A DNA stretch of 54,080 nt, the filler included, from Sluysia triapertura (taxonomy: Eukaryota), in NCBI GenBank assembly GCA_046118255.1. It is 4 parts of 4 records of this genome, joined end to end, with 100 filler letters (N's around TTAATTAATTAA, not from the genome) between each part and the next. Parts side by side here need not be neighbours in the genome. Positions count along the whole stretch, not along the records: positions 40,905 to 54,080 come from JBJNIA010054883.1; 3 more parts are not named here. One strand, written 5' to 3'. Both the position numbers and the translations under genes were made by a program. Of this stretch, positions 40,977-54,080 are shown piece by piece. The notes below the pieces were generated by a model. That model saw nothing but the letters and a program-made list of their open reading frames with translations, searched no databases and was not told the origin of the DNA. The stretch's first letter is position 1; each line of letters begins with the position of its first letter.

Positions 40977-43900
40977 TTAATTATTTATCTAGTTAATCTT
41001 GAATTTAATTCACAAGATCATACATAAATATACATATTGTATTAACTAATATGTAGTAACTAATCTTTGAGTATGATTTAGAATGTTATTTTGCTAAGTG
41101 TTTGTGAATTAAGAATGTTTCTAATTCTGTATTCTAGAATCGTGTGGATATCAGATAATCTCAATGGATTACGTTGCACTATTACTTTATACACTATGTG
41201 CATGCAAACTGTTTAAGTCTGTAGCTAATTTGTAGTATGACCTTGTCTAGTGTAACATTGTTGAAATGTTTTATTGAATAACGCTGCAGAGTTCTTGATT
41301 GTAAAGTTGTATGATACAAAAGTAAGAAAGGCAATGAAATACTTGAGGATTATCATTTAAATTTAGAATTTTTTAATTATGTTTGTATTTGTTACATGTT
41401 AATTTTGTAATAAAATAAGATGTAATGAGTTTGACAACCACAACGGAATAAAAACGAATTTTAAAGCTACTTATCTTTAATAAGTACGTTTACTATAATT
41501 TAAAAGTTACTTTAATAAAAATAATAAATATAACGTCTTTTAATAATTTTTTCATTTTTATTGCATAATAACGCTTGTAAATTGATTTCTTGTATTGAAA
41601 GAAATCAATAATAACTTGTGTAAAAAAGCACTAAATAAATATTGAATATTGACACATCTTTAATAAATATTTAATTTTAATTATTCATTTTTGGTTTATG
41701 TTTGCGTATGCTGTCTATTTAATACAATGTAAAATTGACATTTATTAGTTAAAATTTTTATTATTGTCTACAATCAAATTTATTAAATATTCATTAAATT
41801 TGTTTTGAAAATTGTTTAATTTTTTAATAAAATTTAGAAATAAAAATTAGAAATGTTTCTAATACATTAACATGTATTAATTTAAAAACAATTTTTTTAA
41901 CTCAACTTGGAGATTTAATTTACATTTTATTACTGTCAATTAATTTTAATGAAATTTTAATTATAATATATTATTAAATACCTTTTTTATTAATGCTTTT
42001 CTTATTTTACTCATTAATTTCCTATTATTCTATTTATAATTCATATCTTAATCTTGCAACTAAATATTTTACTCATGTTAGCTTCGAATTATTCAAATTA
42101 AACATCTACATTTCCAACAAAAAGAGACAAATACAAATAAGTTTCAATTTCAACATATCATGAATCCTAAAACTTCACAATCTATAATTTTTATATCTAT
42201 ATATACATTTAAAACATCAACGAAGATCATTCATATTTATACTAAATACATCAGGCTCAATCTGCTTAATTTAATCTATTCATGGTCACAACATTCGTCA
42301 ACACTGAAGGAACTAATAATTTATTTAATTGATCAAATAACACTTTCAAAATTCTTTCCAATCATGCAATTCAGAACTTTTAGTAACAAAACATAAACAA
42401 CCTCATCATCAAAATCAATATTACTATAATCAACAGCATCACATTTTCAAACAACACAGTTAGCTGAATTAATCAAAACATAACACATAGTACAATGCAA
42501 ATATTAATCTTAAAACTGCTTATTTAGTCAAGAGAATTATAAATATTATAATTAAGATAATGTAATATTATTTGACAAAGATACCTATTATCTTTAACTA
42601 TTAAGCATGAAGGATTAAGTAAAAATAAGTTAAGACTCTAAAAAAAGGAAAATGTAATTATAATTCAGAAATTATGGGTTTTTCAACATAATTTTAATCT
42701 ATTGTACTTTAAAATGTAAAAAAGAAATATTTTAAATATTAAACTATAAATTTTATTAAATAAAATAATTAAATCTTAGGAATTAAATTTGTTTTTCGTT
42801 TTCATGTTTTAAATTATTTTAATTCAGTTTTAATATATCTCTTTTCAATTTTAAATAATTTAACAACATTATTCTACTGAAAGTGTAAAAAGGGAAATGT
42901 TTAGATAAGTATAAATAATCGATTAACCCAACTTCCAATGGTGAAATTTACAAATAAAACGTTTACTTCGATTTTAAAATCTTATTTCTGCAGAAAATAT
43001 ACCAATATAGAACAAATCTTTCTGTGGCAAAAGATATGCATAAAACTGAGGTATAAATATTGTTCCATAATAATATGCATAAATTGTATATGGAACATTA
43101 ATAATTCTTGTTCAAAAACCTTAGAATTGTAGAGGAAATAAAATAATTTTAAAACGTTTTAAATATAATCAATTCTTTTCAGTTTCCTTTACCTTTCCTT
43201 AATTTTTACACTAGAATTTCTTTTTTCACACAAATATTTTTCAAGGTTCATTCTTCAATGCCATGTTACGTTATCTTTAATCTTTCTTCTACTGAGAAAG
43301 ATTTTACAAATTTTATTATTTTCTTCCTGAATATATTGTCATTAAAGCCTAATTATAAACTTGCATCAAAATGACGTTAATTCGCAAATTTTTTTAAATT
43401 ATGGTAAATACACAGTATACACTAATTATACTGCATTTAGTTAATAAAACTTTTAATATATGTTAATTTCTAAATTACATTACAATAATTGAATTATGAA
43501 TGAACATCAAATTTATTGTTTATTCTATTTTTCTAATTAATTTTCTAAATTTCAATGCAAAAAATTAAATTGTTTAGAGTAAAAAGTTAATATATTCTAA
43601 AATGACATCAAATAAAAAACATGTTTACTTATTAATCAAAACATCAAAACATTAATAATATTCTGACTTTAGTTTTCATTTTCCAATTAATCAATTTCGT
43701 AAACAATCTATTTCCTTATTATATTAGTACTGACATAATTTGTTTAACTCATTAATTCATTTATCTAATTTCCATTTTTTAATAATTTCTCTTTAGTTTT
43801 TGTTTTAGTTAATTTTTTCGGTTCGCAAAATTTAAACTAAAATAAAATAAATGAATACAAAAAAAATCTATACAAAATAATTAAGTAAAAAAACATAAAC

Positions 43901-44699
43901 ATAAAAAAACATAAAAGTAAAACTTTTCTTAAAAACTACACTTACAGAATTAGAAACATTTTTCCGGAAACCTTAGACATCATTAATTTTTGCTTTTCAA
44001 TGTTTTTAACAAATGAATAAATAGTAATTTCTTGAGGCAAAATCAACAGTACGCTACAAATAATTTATAATATGAAAGTCACTTTCCTCAATAATTTTGA
44101 GTACTTTTAAGATTTATGTATTGCACATTACAAAGTAGTAAAACAAATTATGGTTTCAAAAGTTACATTTTTCATGCTTTTACAAAATTTCCGAAATATT
44201 GTTTTAGCAGATATTTTGTTTCGTTATATTCATTTCTTAAATGATCATTAAATGATCATTAATGAAGTATCGTTTCATATTACATAACAGCATTAATTTA
44301 AATTTTCTACAATATTATATTTTTAGATTTAGAATGTGATGCTAGGTTTTTACTAAACGCTTTGAAAAATGATTTTTTCTGGAGAAAAAGTTCACCTAAC
44401 AGAGACGGCTTATATCTGGCCGAAGGAGGTCTCTTAGGATTTGATTTTAAAGAACTTAAAAAGAATACTAGATGATGTCAACATTCTAAGAAAATTAGTT
44501 CCACTACACTTAAAGATTAGTTTTATAAATTCAATAAATTAAACTAGCCGAATAATGGTCCAGTTTCTAAATAATTAAGCTAGCCGGTTATGGTCTAGCA
44601 GACAATTAATATTTTAAGTTTATAAAACAAAGACCAAATACTAATCTTATTAATTAATCGATCTACAAACGAAATAAACAACAACTATAGATATAATAT

Positions 44700-45787
44700 C
44701 GACACTATTTTTAATCATCATGAAATAACCACCTCAAAATAAATATTAATGTGGACTAGGATGCAGTTAAAACCCAAAAGCTATGATCTACTGATTATTT
44801 AATTACTGTAAGAACGTTATGTTTACATTTTACGTTTTGTTTATTTTGGTTTTATATTTTGATTTTATAAATATTATAGAATAATTTTTTAGATTAAAAT
44901 TTACAAAATAATTTAAAATTTATAAAATAATTATAATTATTATATATTTTGTATTTTGATAAAAGAATTTAAATTTATAAAATAATTTAATAATAAAATT
45001 TTATTTCTAATAAATCAAAAAATAATCTAGAAAATAATTCGTCAATTATGTTTTATGCAACTAATTAAATAAATATTTCAGTATGAATGCCTCAATGAAA
45101 ATTAATTATATAAACAGCTTATATAGTTATATAAATTACTTAAGAAAGCAACTTTTTAGTAATTATTAGGAATTTTAAAATATAAATTAAACAAGCCTTA
45201 TTAAGGCTTTGTGTACAAGTTGTTGATTTTTAGTGTATTTTAATTCTTCCTTTTAAAAACTTATATAAAAACAAATTACTTGTTATCATGGACTGAAATA
45301 ATTTTTGAACTCATGAATTTCGAATATAAAATTTCGTTATGGTTTTATCAGTGAAAATTCAGCCATTTATATAACTAAATTTTCAATGAGGCATTCATAT
45401 TGAAATATTTATTTAATTAGTTGCATAAAACTTAATTAACGAATTATTTTCTAGATTATTTTTAGATTTATTAGAAATAAAATTTTATTATTAAATTATT
45501 TTATAAATTTAAATTCTTTTATCAAATACAAAATATATAATAATTATAATTATTTTATAAATTTTAAATTATTTTGTAAATTTTAATCTCAAAATTCTTC
45601 TATAATATTATATAATATTTATAAAATCATAATATAAAACCAAAATAAACAAAACGTAAAATGTAAACATAACGTTCTTACAGTGATTAAATGATCAATA
45701 GATCATTGCTTTTGGGTTTTAACTGCATCCTAGTCCATATTAATATTTATTTCGAGGTTGATTTCATGATGATTAAAGATGGTGTCG
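44700..45787. repeat. Long inverted repeat (foldback/MITE-like), arms ~44700-45119 and ~45361-45787
   Basis: For example, GGACTAGGATGCAGTTAAAACCCAAAAGC pairs with GCTTTTGGGTTTTAACTGCATCCTAGTCC, and CTGTAAGAACGTTATGTTTACATTTTACGTTTTG pairs with its complement. Complementarity continues along both arms around a ~240-bp spacer. Confidence 0.95.
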
Positions 45788-48700
45788 TACTTATGCAGGT
45801 TCTAGCCTGACTTCTCTTTAAACCAGTTCAGTAATGGAGTCTTTAAATTATAGAATCATGAATAATTAATTTTGAATTTTATTATAAAATGCATGTAAGA
45901 GTAGCAGCACTTCAAGCATGAATTACTTAAGCTATAAATGCACAAGCTTAAAAACCTCATTAACTTAATTCACTATTAAATGTGTCACCAAAATTATACA
46001 CTTTAATGCTTAAACTTTTATTCAATCTAAAATTAATTAAAATTAACGTGATTATATTATGCAGAATTTAACTGTTAATTTATTTTCTAATTAACTATCT
46101 TAACAAATCTTCAAAGTGTCTTTCTTAGACTTTTAAATAAAGAATAAAGAAATAAATACAAACTAATATTTATTACTCGACAAATATGTTTATAAAAATA
46201 AATGATTTTGAGTCAGGATTAATTCTTGACTATAAAGTTGTTAAAGATTTTAAGTGATATTTTAAAATTAAATATTATAGTTTAAAAATCGTATCAGGTA
46301 ACAACTTATGATTTTGAATGCATTATGGAAAATAATTTGATCAATATAAGAACGACTTTTCTGCAGCTGGAATTACTCCTTATTGGATTTATTTTTGAAT
46401 TCCAATTGATTGATTTCACCAAATTTATTCGCACCAAGTAAAAATGTATAAAATACTATGACTCGTAAAATGTTGTGCTTTCTGTCTTTTGAACGTCTTA
46501 TTTATACTTTTTTCAGTCTTCCATCATATACATAAAACCGCATCTTAATCTCACAATACAAATAAAAGTATTATAATTTTCACATAAATAAAATAAACAG
46601 AATATTATTGTAGATAAAAGTGGCATAAAATATTTTCAGTTGAAGTATAAAATAAAAATAAAAATATATGCTAAAAAGAAATTTGAAAAGCTAATTTGAA
46701 ACTTTTAAAGCTAAATAACATATATTTGTCAATATTACAAAATATTTACTATTAATAATATTAAAATAATATTCACAAAATTTAATCTGATTAGTTTAAT
46801 TATTTAAACTAATTATATTTAATATTATATTTAAACTGATTAATTACTAAAAACATTTACAATTATTATATTTGTAGATCCAAAAATCTTTTACAAGTGT
46901 TGATCGATTTGATCATAATAAAGTTACCGACTTAATTTGGACATTACCAAGACACTGATAAAATTATTGGAATATTAAACTAAGTATGATGACCTGTAAA
47001 TAAAATTTAAAATAATTTTGTATAAACAATTTTGGAAAAATTTTCGTTATTAAATATTAGTTGTGGTATTTTGTTGAAATTTATTATAATTTGTATTTGC
47101 GTTAAAACTTTGGAATATATTTTAATTAGCTAACTACTTCTTGAGACTTTGAAAGAAAGTTTAAAATGTTTAGTCCATGTCAATCTCTAACATATGAGAC
47201 GAGCTAGAATCACTACCTTACATTATATTAAGATTTTAAAATCATTCGATATTAGTTAAAGTATTATGACTGGTTAATAATTAAGTCAGGATTAGAAAGT
47301 TAGATCTGAATAATTTTAAAAAGTTAAGATTTATAGTTTTATAAATTTAGAATTACTTAAAGTTTACAAATAAGATTCATTAATTATTATCAGACTACAT
47401 TTAAAGTTCGCAAGTAGTCTAATTTAAATATTAACCTTTCAAACGTAACACGAAAACATCATTCATATTCTATTTTTTTGCATTTATTGTAATATATTCT
47501 TTACTAAAACATTGTTTAATTTTTATTTTCTTATTGTTTTTAATTTATTATTTTATTTGATAAAAATAATTTTTCATAATATATCATTACCAACCAAAAT
47601 TATAATAAGAATTAATAAAATTTTTGTTCTTTTATTTTTCTAAATTTAATATATCATTATTAAATTGTTTTTCTAAATATTTAAATTTGTATCAGTTTTC
47701 TACGCGTCTATATGTTTAATTAATATATGAAAATAAAAATATTACTTTTTTGAAATTTTAAATAGCACATTTTGAATTTTGGTTATTGTTAAGAATTATA
47801 TACAATCAATATTTACGCATATTATTTATATTTAATATGCAAATATGTAATAATAACATTAAAATTAATAAATAAAAAACTATAATTTGAAAATACGTTT
47901 TGATTCAGAAGTTTCTAAATAGATTTGCTATATTTTTAAAAATCTCTTAATTGAACAATTTTTATGTAAAATTAATGATGGTTCTATTCACAGAATCTTA
48001 AAGTAAATGTAAATTCTTTGTAACCGAAATTCTTTTCAACCATGATTTAATGAAGGAGAAAATGTATCATTAAAATACTAATTATTGAAATAAAATGCCT
48101 ATATAAATTATAAATATAATAAAATTCTAATGCGACACATGACGAAAAACATCTGATAGATACATTAACTTATTAAAATTATCATTTAAGAATACGTAGA
48201 GATCAAATGAAATTATCAAATAATTCTTTTCTTCGAACTACCATTGCAAACCTAAGCAGCTAAGTTCAACCATAACAGTCCTTGACTGATTTATCTGCTA
48301 CGATTCTGGAAGACTTTGTAAAAACTGTTATTGCTTTAACTCCCACTTATTGACATTCAAATTTGTTAGTATGCAGTCTTTTTGTTTTAAAATTATCTAC
48401 TATTTTTCTTATGTGGGATCACCTAAGAGGGCTTGATCATTTCTGTATGGCAAAGAAATATCTGAAAGACTTTCATTATTAGATGAAAATTTATCGAAAA
48501 AGGTAAAATTTATCACAACCAGAAAAATATTAAAAAAATCAAATATTTATAGTTCTCATAATATCAAAAGAAACATTGGTATAAAAATTGTGATTATGAT
48601 TTATAACGTCTTTTTTATTAAATAAAAAAATAAAGCTATAACGTAAATATAAAACGTAGTGAAGCAAACGGATTAAACAAAATTGATATTAGTTGGTGAA

Positions 48701-49468
48701 GCTGCCGATACAGGGTTTTAAAGGTTAAGGTTTCAGTCATTTTTGGATTATTTTCGGCCCAAATTAAATTAACACAACAGCTATATTACTTAGAAAGCAA
48801 TTGGCGGAGCGAGATTTATTTAGCTGTCACATTTTCTTTATATCTCAGATCTCTATTGTCATATGTTGATTAATAAATTAATCTCGACAAAAAAGTTTGA
48901 AATATTTTTCATTTATAGAAATTTATTATTGTTTTAATCAATCACAAAATATATTTAAATCATCTATTTTCTTAGATTTCCGTTTTTCTTAGTTTTCTTT
49001 AATAATTTCTAAAAAAAACATTTTTTTCGTTCATTTTATTAATTAAAATCAATTATTTAACTGAATATCGTGAACACAAATATAATATATGATTTCATTT
49101 TTATCATGAAATTAGTTTATTTTATCAATATAACTTATGTTTTAAAATAATTTTTTATTAATATACATTAGTAGAAATCGCTTAACAAATTATATTATTA
49201 TTAATATTATTATTATTATATTATTTGTATTATTATTATTATCAGCATTATTGGTATTATTAGAATTCATTAAACAAAAGAACTTTCTTTAAAATTTTAT
49301 TTATCAAATTAAAAATGAATATTAATAAATACTTTCAATTTATTGGTATATATAATTGAATAAATTCAATTGGTCGAATTCGAATTTATATAATTAAATT
49401 TACAAAATAATAATTGTATTTATATTAAAAATCATTTTGTCACTATGATATAAAATTATAAAAATAAA

Positions 49469-49801
49469 ATGGTTTTCTTTTCTAAATCATGTATCGAAGA
49501 CTGGACTAAAGTTTTATATATTGCTTGTGGAACAGTTGCTATATGTTCTTTAATTATTGGTGCGATTTTAACACATTTAGTAGTTATGCCATTTTTACAC
49601 GAAGATGCTTTTTACTCTTCAAAATGTAGATTATTAAAAATGAATATAACAAAAATGGTAAAATGTGAAAATAAATGTTCAAAAGATCGTTCGAAATTTC
49701 CATGCCTTCAAATTACTGCCCAATATCACACATCTAGTGAAAACTTTGTTGCTTTTGTGTACGATCATATTGCAACTTTGACACATTTCAGAAAATATCA
49801 A
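49469..49801 (+). CDS. BK-channel beta subunit-like (KCNMB/tipE-TEH superfamily) protein, first coding exon
   Basis: A short N-tail and TM1 (VLYIACGTVAICSLIIGAILTHLVVMPF) lead to a Cys-rich loop C...CENKCSKDRSKFPCLQITAQY, compared with KCNMB C.F.C...C...S.YPCLQV.V. Sequon NIT is present. Phase-0 donor CAA|GTTAGT. I did not find the TM2 exon in the window. Confidence 0.75.
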
Positions 49802-50058
49802 GTTAGTATTATTTTAATTAGTAAATGTTTTAGTAATATTTTATTGAAAATATGTATAATTAATTATCACTAATTACTTTTTTCATATTTTTAGTTATCC
49901 AAATGATAATAGCGATTTTTATTTTTTATATATATAATACCTTAAATTATTTTAAACTACTTTTATAAATTTATATTATCTAAAGTTTTAAGAAAAATCT
50001 AAAATATATAATTATATTATTACTACTTTATTATTATTATTATTTCTATTTCTATTAC

Positions 50059-50123
<65 letters not shown>
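50059..50123. repeat. (ATT)n microsatellite
   Basis: Direct reading. Confidence 0.95.
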
Positions 50124-50125
<2 letters not shown>

Positions 50126-51599
50126 TTAAATACCTAAAATTTTGAAAAACAAATTATTTTTAATTCAAGCGGAAATTATTTCAAAAATAATGAAGTGTAT
50201 ATTTATGAATTCCAAATGTTTAAAAAATATTTTTAAAAAAATCATTTAAAAATAATTAATTAATATTCCCTATAAATAAATATTAATTTAATATCACTGT
50301 TTTATTTTATCAAATATATTTATTTCTTTTTTAAAATTTAAGTTTTATTTAAGTTTAAAGTTTTCGACTGTTCAATAGTTGATATATTTGAGCAAATATT
50401 TAAAAAAGTTCTGCTACGTGGAAGTTAAGGATACACATATAAATAATATTAATAATGAGGTTGACAAAAAACTATTAAAAATGTATAATTCATAAATTGA
50501 TTGATTTTATAAATTGATTTTATATCTATACCACTTACAAAAAAACCTAATTTAAATTTAAACAATAATAAATATTTTAAAATATTTTATTTAATTAATT
50601 AATAATTATGTAGTTAAATTAAATTTTATTTTATATATTTTATTTACATTTTTCATCTGCTTAATAATAATTTAACTGTTACAATTTATTAATTTTTTAA
50701 TATTCACCTTTAAAGTTTTATCAATAAAAACAGAAAAGAAACCAAATTAAAATTTCATTAGTTTAATTATTAATATATTATTATTAATATATTATTAAAT
50801 TATTAAATTTTACTGTAGATATATTAAAATATTAAAAATATAAAAATTTATTAACATTTATAATATTATTAAAATAATAATAATAATAATAGCAATAATA
50901 ATACTGGTACGAAGAGAATAGCAATGGTGAGGCTAGCGATTGCAGTGATAATGATAAGAGAACACTATCCAGCTGAAAGCTAGATTTTGACATAGTTAGA
51001 TATCTAATAAGAAAGGAACAAATGATAAGGGATGACAAAATTATAACAAAATTAAAAAAGGCAGTACTACAGTACAGACATGTTATAGCCATATTAACAT
51101 GCACAAAACAGATGGATATATTAATAATAATAATAATAAGAAAAAATGTAAATGGAAGAGGCTCAGAAGAAGAAGCCATTAATAATTTGAAAACGTAACA
51201 TTATTCGAGTAATATTTCCAATATTTCCAATTACTGAAATTCAGAAAGTACATTCTGTTACTGAATCATTCAATTATTGATATTTAATATTTTCATTATT
51301 ATGTAAAATCATAGATTTTAATTTCTTATGATTAATTTCTTATTATTAATTTCTTATTATAATAATTTCTTATTATTTTCAAAATTTCGCTTGATTTTGT
51401 CCAATGGAATTAAACTGTTTACTATTAAGACATATCTTTCCAGAATCATATTCACTATTTGACCTTATGTCTAAGGGAAACGTAATTATCGACACATTAT
51501 CTGAAATTACGTTATCTCTACTAAGCATATTTTTAATTTGAAATAAATTATCTTCCGATCCTATTAACAGTCTTTGGATACTTTCTTTGATTTGTTAAA

Positions 51600-52300
51600 T
51601 GATTTAAGAATTCAATAACACCAAAAGCATAACTTAAATATGTTTCATTCCACTTAAAATTTCTTTTTCTATTTGGCAACAACTGATTTTCATGTCATGA
51701 AGTTTCTACAGGCTTATCAGTATGCAGATAATTCATTCTATCTAGTTCCAGCTTCTGAAAGTCATTCTCACAAGATTCTACATGCTTTCAATAATTTCAT
51801 CTCAAAATCCGAGCAAACTTCTAACACATATAACTAGCAACTGATAAAAAGTTTGTAGCTTTCCAGTGTTATTGGGTGTTCTAGATAGTCCGATAGTTAT
51901 TATTTATCTTCAAAATTCATTAAAACATTATATCATAATATTATAATGTCATTATTATAATATTATAATATTAAAATATTATAATATTATAATTCCTTAT
52001 ATCACGAATTTATTTTCACAGATAAATTAGATAATTTTAGGTGACTTTTGCATTGATATCGCTTCGTTTAATATTTGTTCCAACAATAAAATCATGTTTA
52101 TGACTAAGTTAATTTATGAGTTAAATTATATTTTAAAAACTTCTTATACTGAAATATGACGAATCTGAAGACTTTAATTGAAACAGACCAAAAGAATAAC
52201 AAAATTAGATGAGATCTTTTTTCCCATAAAACAATGAGAATGCATTTGTACCACAAGTTTTACTTAATGATAACAATTTGAATGCTTCTGTTCTATTGAA
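51600..52300 (-). mobile_element. Highly decayed non-LTR retrotransposon RT remnant (R4/Dong-like)
   Basis: Ordered minus-strand fragments: KTCGTNAFSLFYGKKISS (~KAPGPD.I..FWLKK), SDYLEHPITLESYKLF (~NYRPITCL...YKL), NQLLP, and LSYAFGVIEF (~L.YSFGVI.W). Confidence 0.4.
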
Positions 52301-53804
52301 GTACTTAAAATTTATGCAAAGCTTGATGTCACGAAACATTTTCATTTCAAATATTCAACTTTTTCACTTATATTATCCTTTAATAATTTATTCTTAACAA
52401 AAGATCTTGTGCGATGTTGATTACAACATCTTGCTTCTTTCACATTATTAATAAAACGATGAATAAAATTCTCGAAATTAACTGCATTTACAGTTAGAAT
52501 AATAACGACAAGTAATCACGATCAACAATATTTTATTAAACTTAATATCAGCTTCACAATATTTAGTATATCTTATCTTCATTATAAGTTTTAATTTGGG
52601 ATTCCATCCGACATAATATTAATGGTGATAACAGTATGTACAACACAATTAACTGTGGCTTTACATTCGGTATGCATGTATGTAATGTATTTACATGTAG
52701 TAAGTCCAAATTTACAGGATTTAGAATGGCATTATTTAAAACAAATAAATATAATAACTTCGTCAAAAGATCAACACCTTATACAATGAAGATTAGAGTT
52801 GGCAAGTTAAAATTTGATTGCTTTTATTAGTTCTATATGTAAAATTGCGTAAGTTTTAATTATAATTACATTTTAAATATGACTTAACTGTATTTAAATT
52901 ACTGTTCCTTATAATTAAACGTTTTCTGATGAAGTTTAGTCATTTCTAAATGCCTTTTTCAAAGTAAAGTATTTTATATTGGAATGTTACTTGAATTTTC
53001 TTTGCCACTGGAAAAATTACAGTTAATACGTAATTCGCGTAACACACAAGCAAATTATAGTATATATTTGATTTTATCATACTTAACTTGAGATGAAAAA
53101 CATTTATCAAGCCTTTAAGTATCTTTGGGTTCTCTTAAACTACTATATATGTCGAAGCCAAGTCTATCTAGAATATTTAACTATAAGGGAAAGTTTTGAT
53201 TACCCATCAAGGAAATTATATTTAAAATAATCATAAAAATATGTCTAAAGTAGGTAATATAAAATTTATTGAATTTATAGTTATTTTACTATAAAACAGT
53301 TCCTCGGTAATTTTGTGATTAAAATTGGCAAAAAGAAATCTTCTAACAATAACAACAATGAAAACATTAATAATAATATTAATAGTAATATTAATAATAA
53401 TTAATTCGACAAAAATCTAAAACTAAAATGAATTTCAAGGATTTTCCCAAATTAAGTATTCCAAAGAATATTCTAATTCATTTTTTATTTCGATCTCTCA
53501 AACTAACGCACACGTTTTGATAATTTCTTACACTTTTGACCACAATTTATAAATAGCAATAAATTATAATTAATTTCTTAATTTTATTTAATAATTTTCT
53601 AATCTTTCTACAATTTGTAGATAATTTCATCTCACTTGAATAACAACAAAAAATACATTATATGATTATCATTAATAACTTATTTTTAAAGTCGTATTTG
53701 TTTGAATGGTCTCAATTCGTAAAGAATATACTTAACATATATTCATATACAAAATTCTATCTGTATAAAATTAGTAACAATTTATCACGAGTCTACTCTT
53801 AATA

Positions 53805-53849
<45 letters not shown>
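53805..53849. repeat. (AAT)n microsatellite
   Basis: Direct reading. Confidence 0.95.
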
Positions 53850-53850
<1 letters not shown>

Positions 53851-54080
53851 CTGTAAAAATTTTACTTCTGTTTTATTAAAAATTAACATTTCTTTTTATC
53901 GTATTGTTTAAAATTATATTATTTTAAATGATGCATTGAAACAAAATTCTAAGTTATTAAATTGATGTCAAAATATTTGTCTTTATACTAAATATAAAGG
54001 TTTAAAGATACAGATACATAAAATGAATTAATGTAAAAAAGAAATTTTAAGTTTTTGTAGTAATAAGTATAATTTTATTT

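Noticed and set aside
4911-49801. Functional cluster of SK channel, PDE and BK-beta subunit
   Set aside because: Each lies on a different contig separated by artificial linkers, so the proximity is not biological evidence.

Overview
This is very AT-rich eukaryotic (invertebrate animal-like) genomic DNA, not prokaryotic, and it is not one continuous locus. Three artificial 100-bp linkers (44 N + TTAATTAATTAA + 44 N) split it into four independent contigs: 1-13075, 13176-25813, 25914-40804 and 40905-54080. A fourth, plain 100-N gap lies inside a mucin repeat. Supported host genes: (1) a complete three-exon, divergent SK/KCNN Ca2+-activated K+ channel, join 4911-5823, 7974-8160, 10474-10717, 447 aa; (2) one catalytic-domain exon of a PDE11/PDE5-like phosphodiesterase; (3) the first coding exon of a BK-channel beta (KCNMB/tipE-like) subunit; (4) a Ser/Thr-rich mucin built from tandemly duplicated exons; (5) two unidentified ORFs, one with a 34-bp intron, nested coding repeats and a CGA>TGA nonsense codon. 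The rest is TE debris (Tc1, pogo/Tigger, several piggyBac families, non-LTR remnants), a ~1.1-kb foldback with ~420-bp arms, and (AAT)n microsatellites. I found no convincing new multi-gene system, and the apparent 'K+ channel/PDE cluster' is a concatenation artefact. The best leads are single loci. All family calls come from recalled motifs, not database searches.
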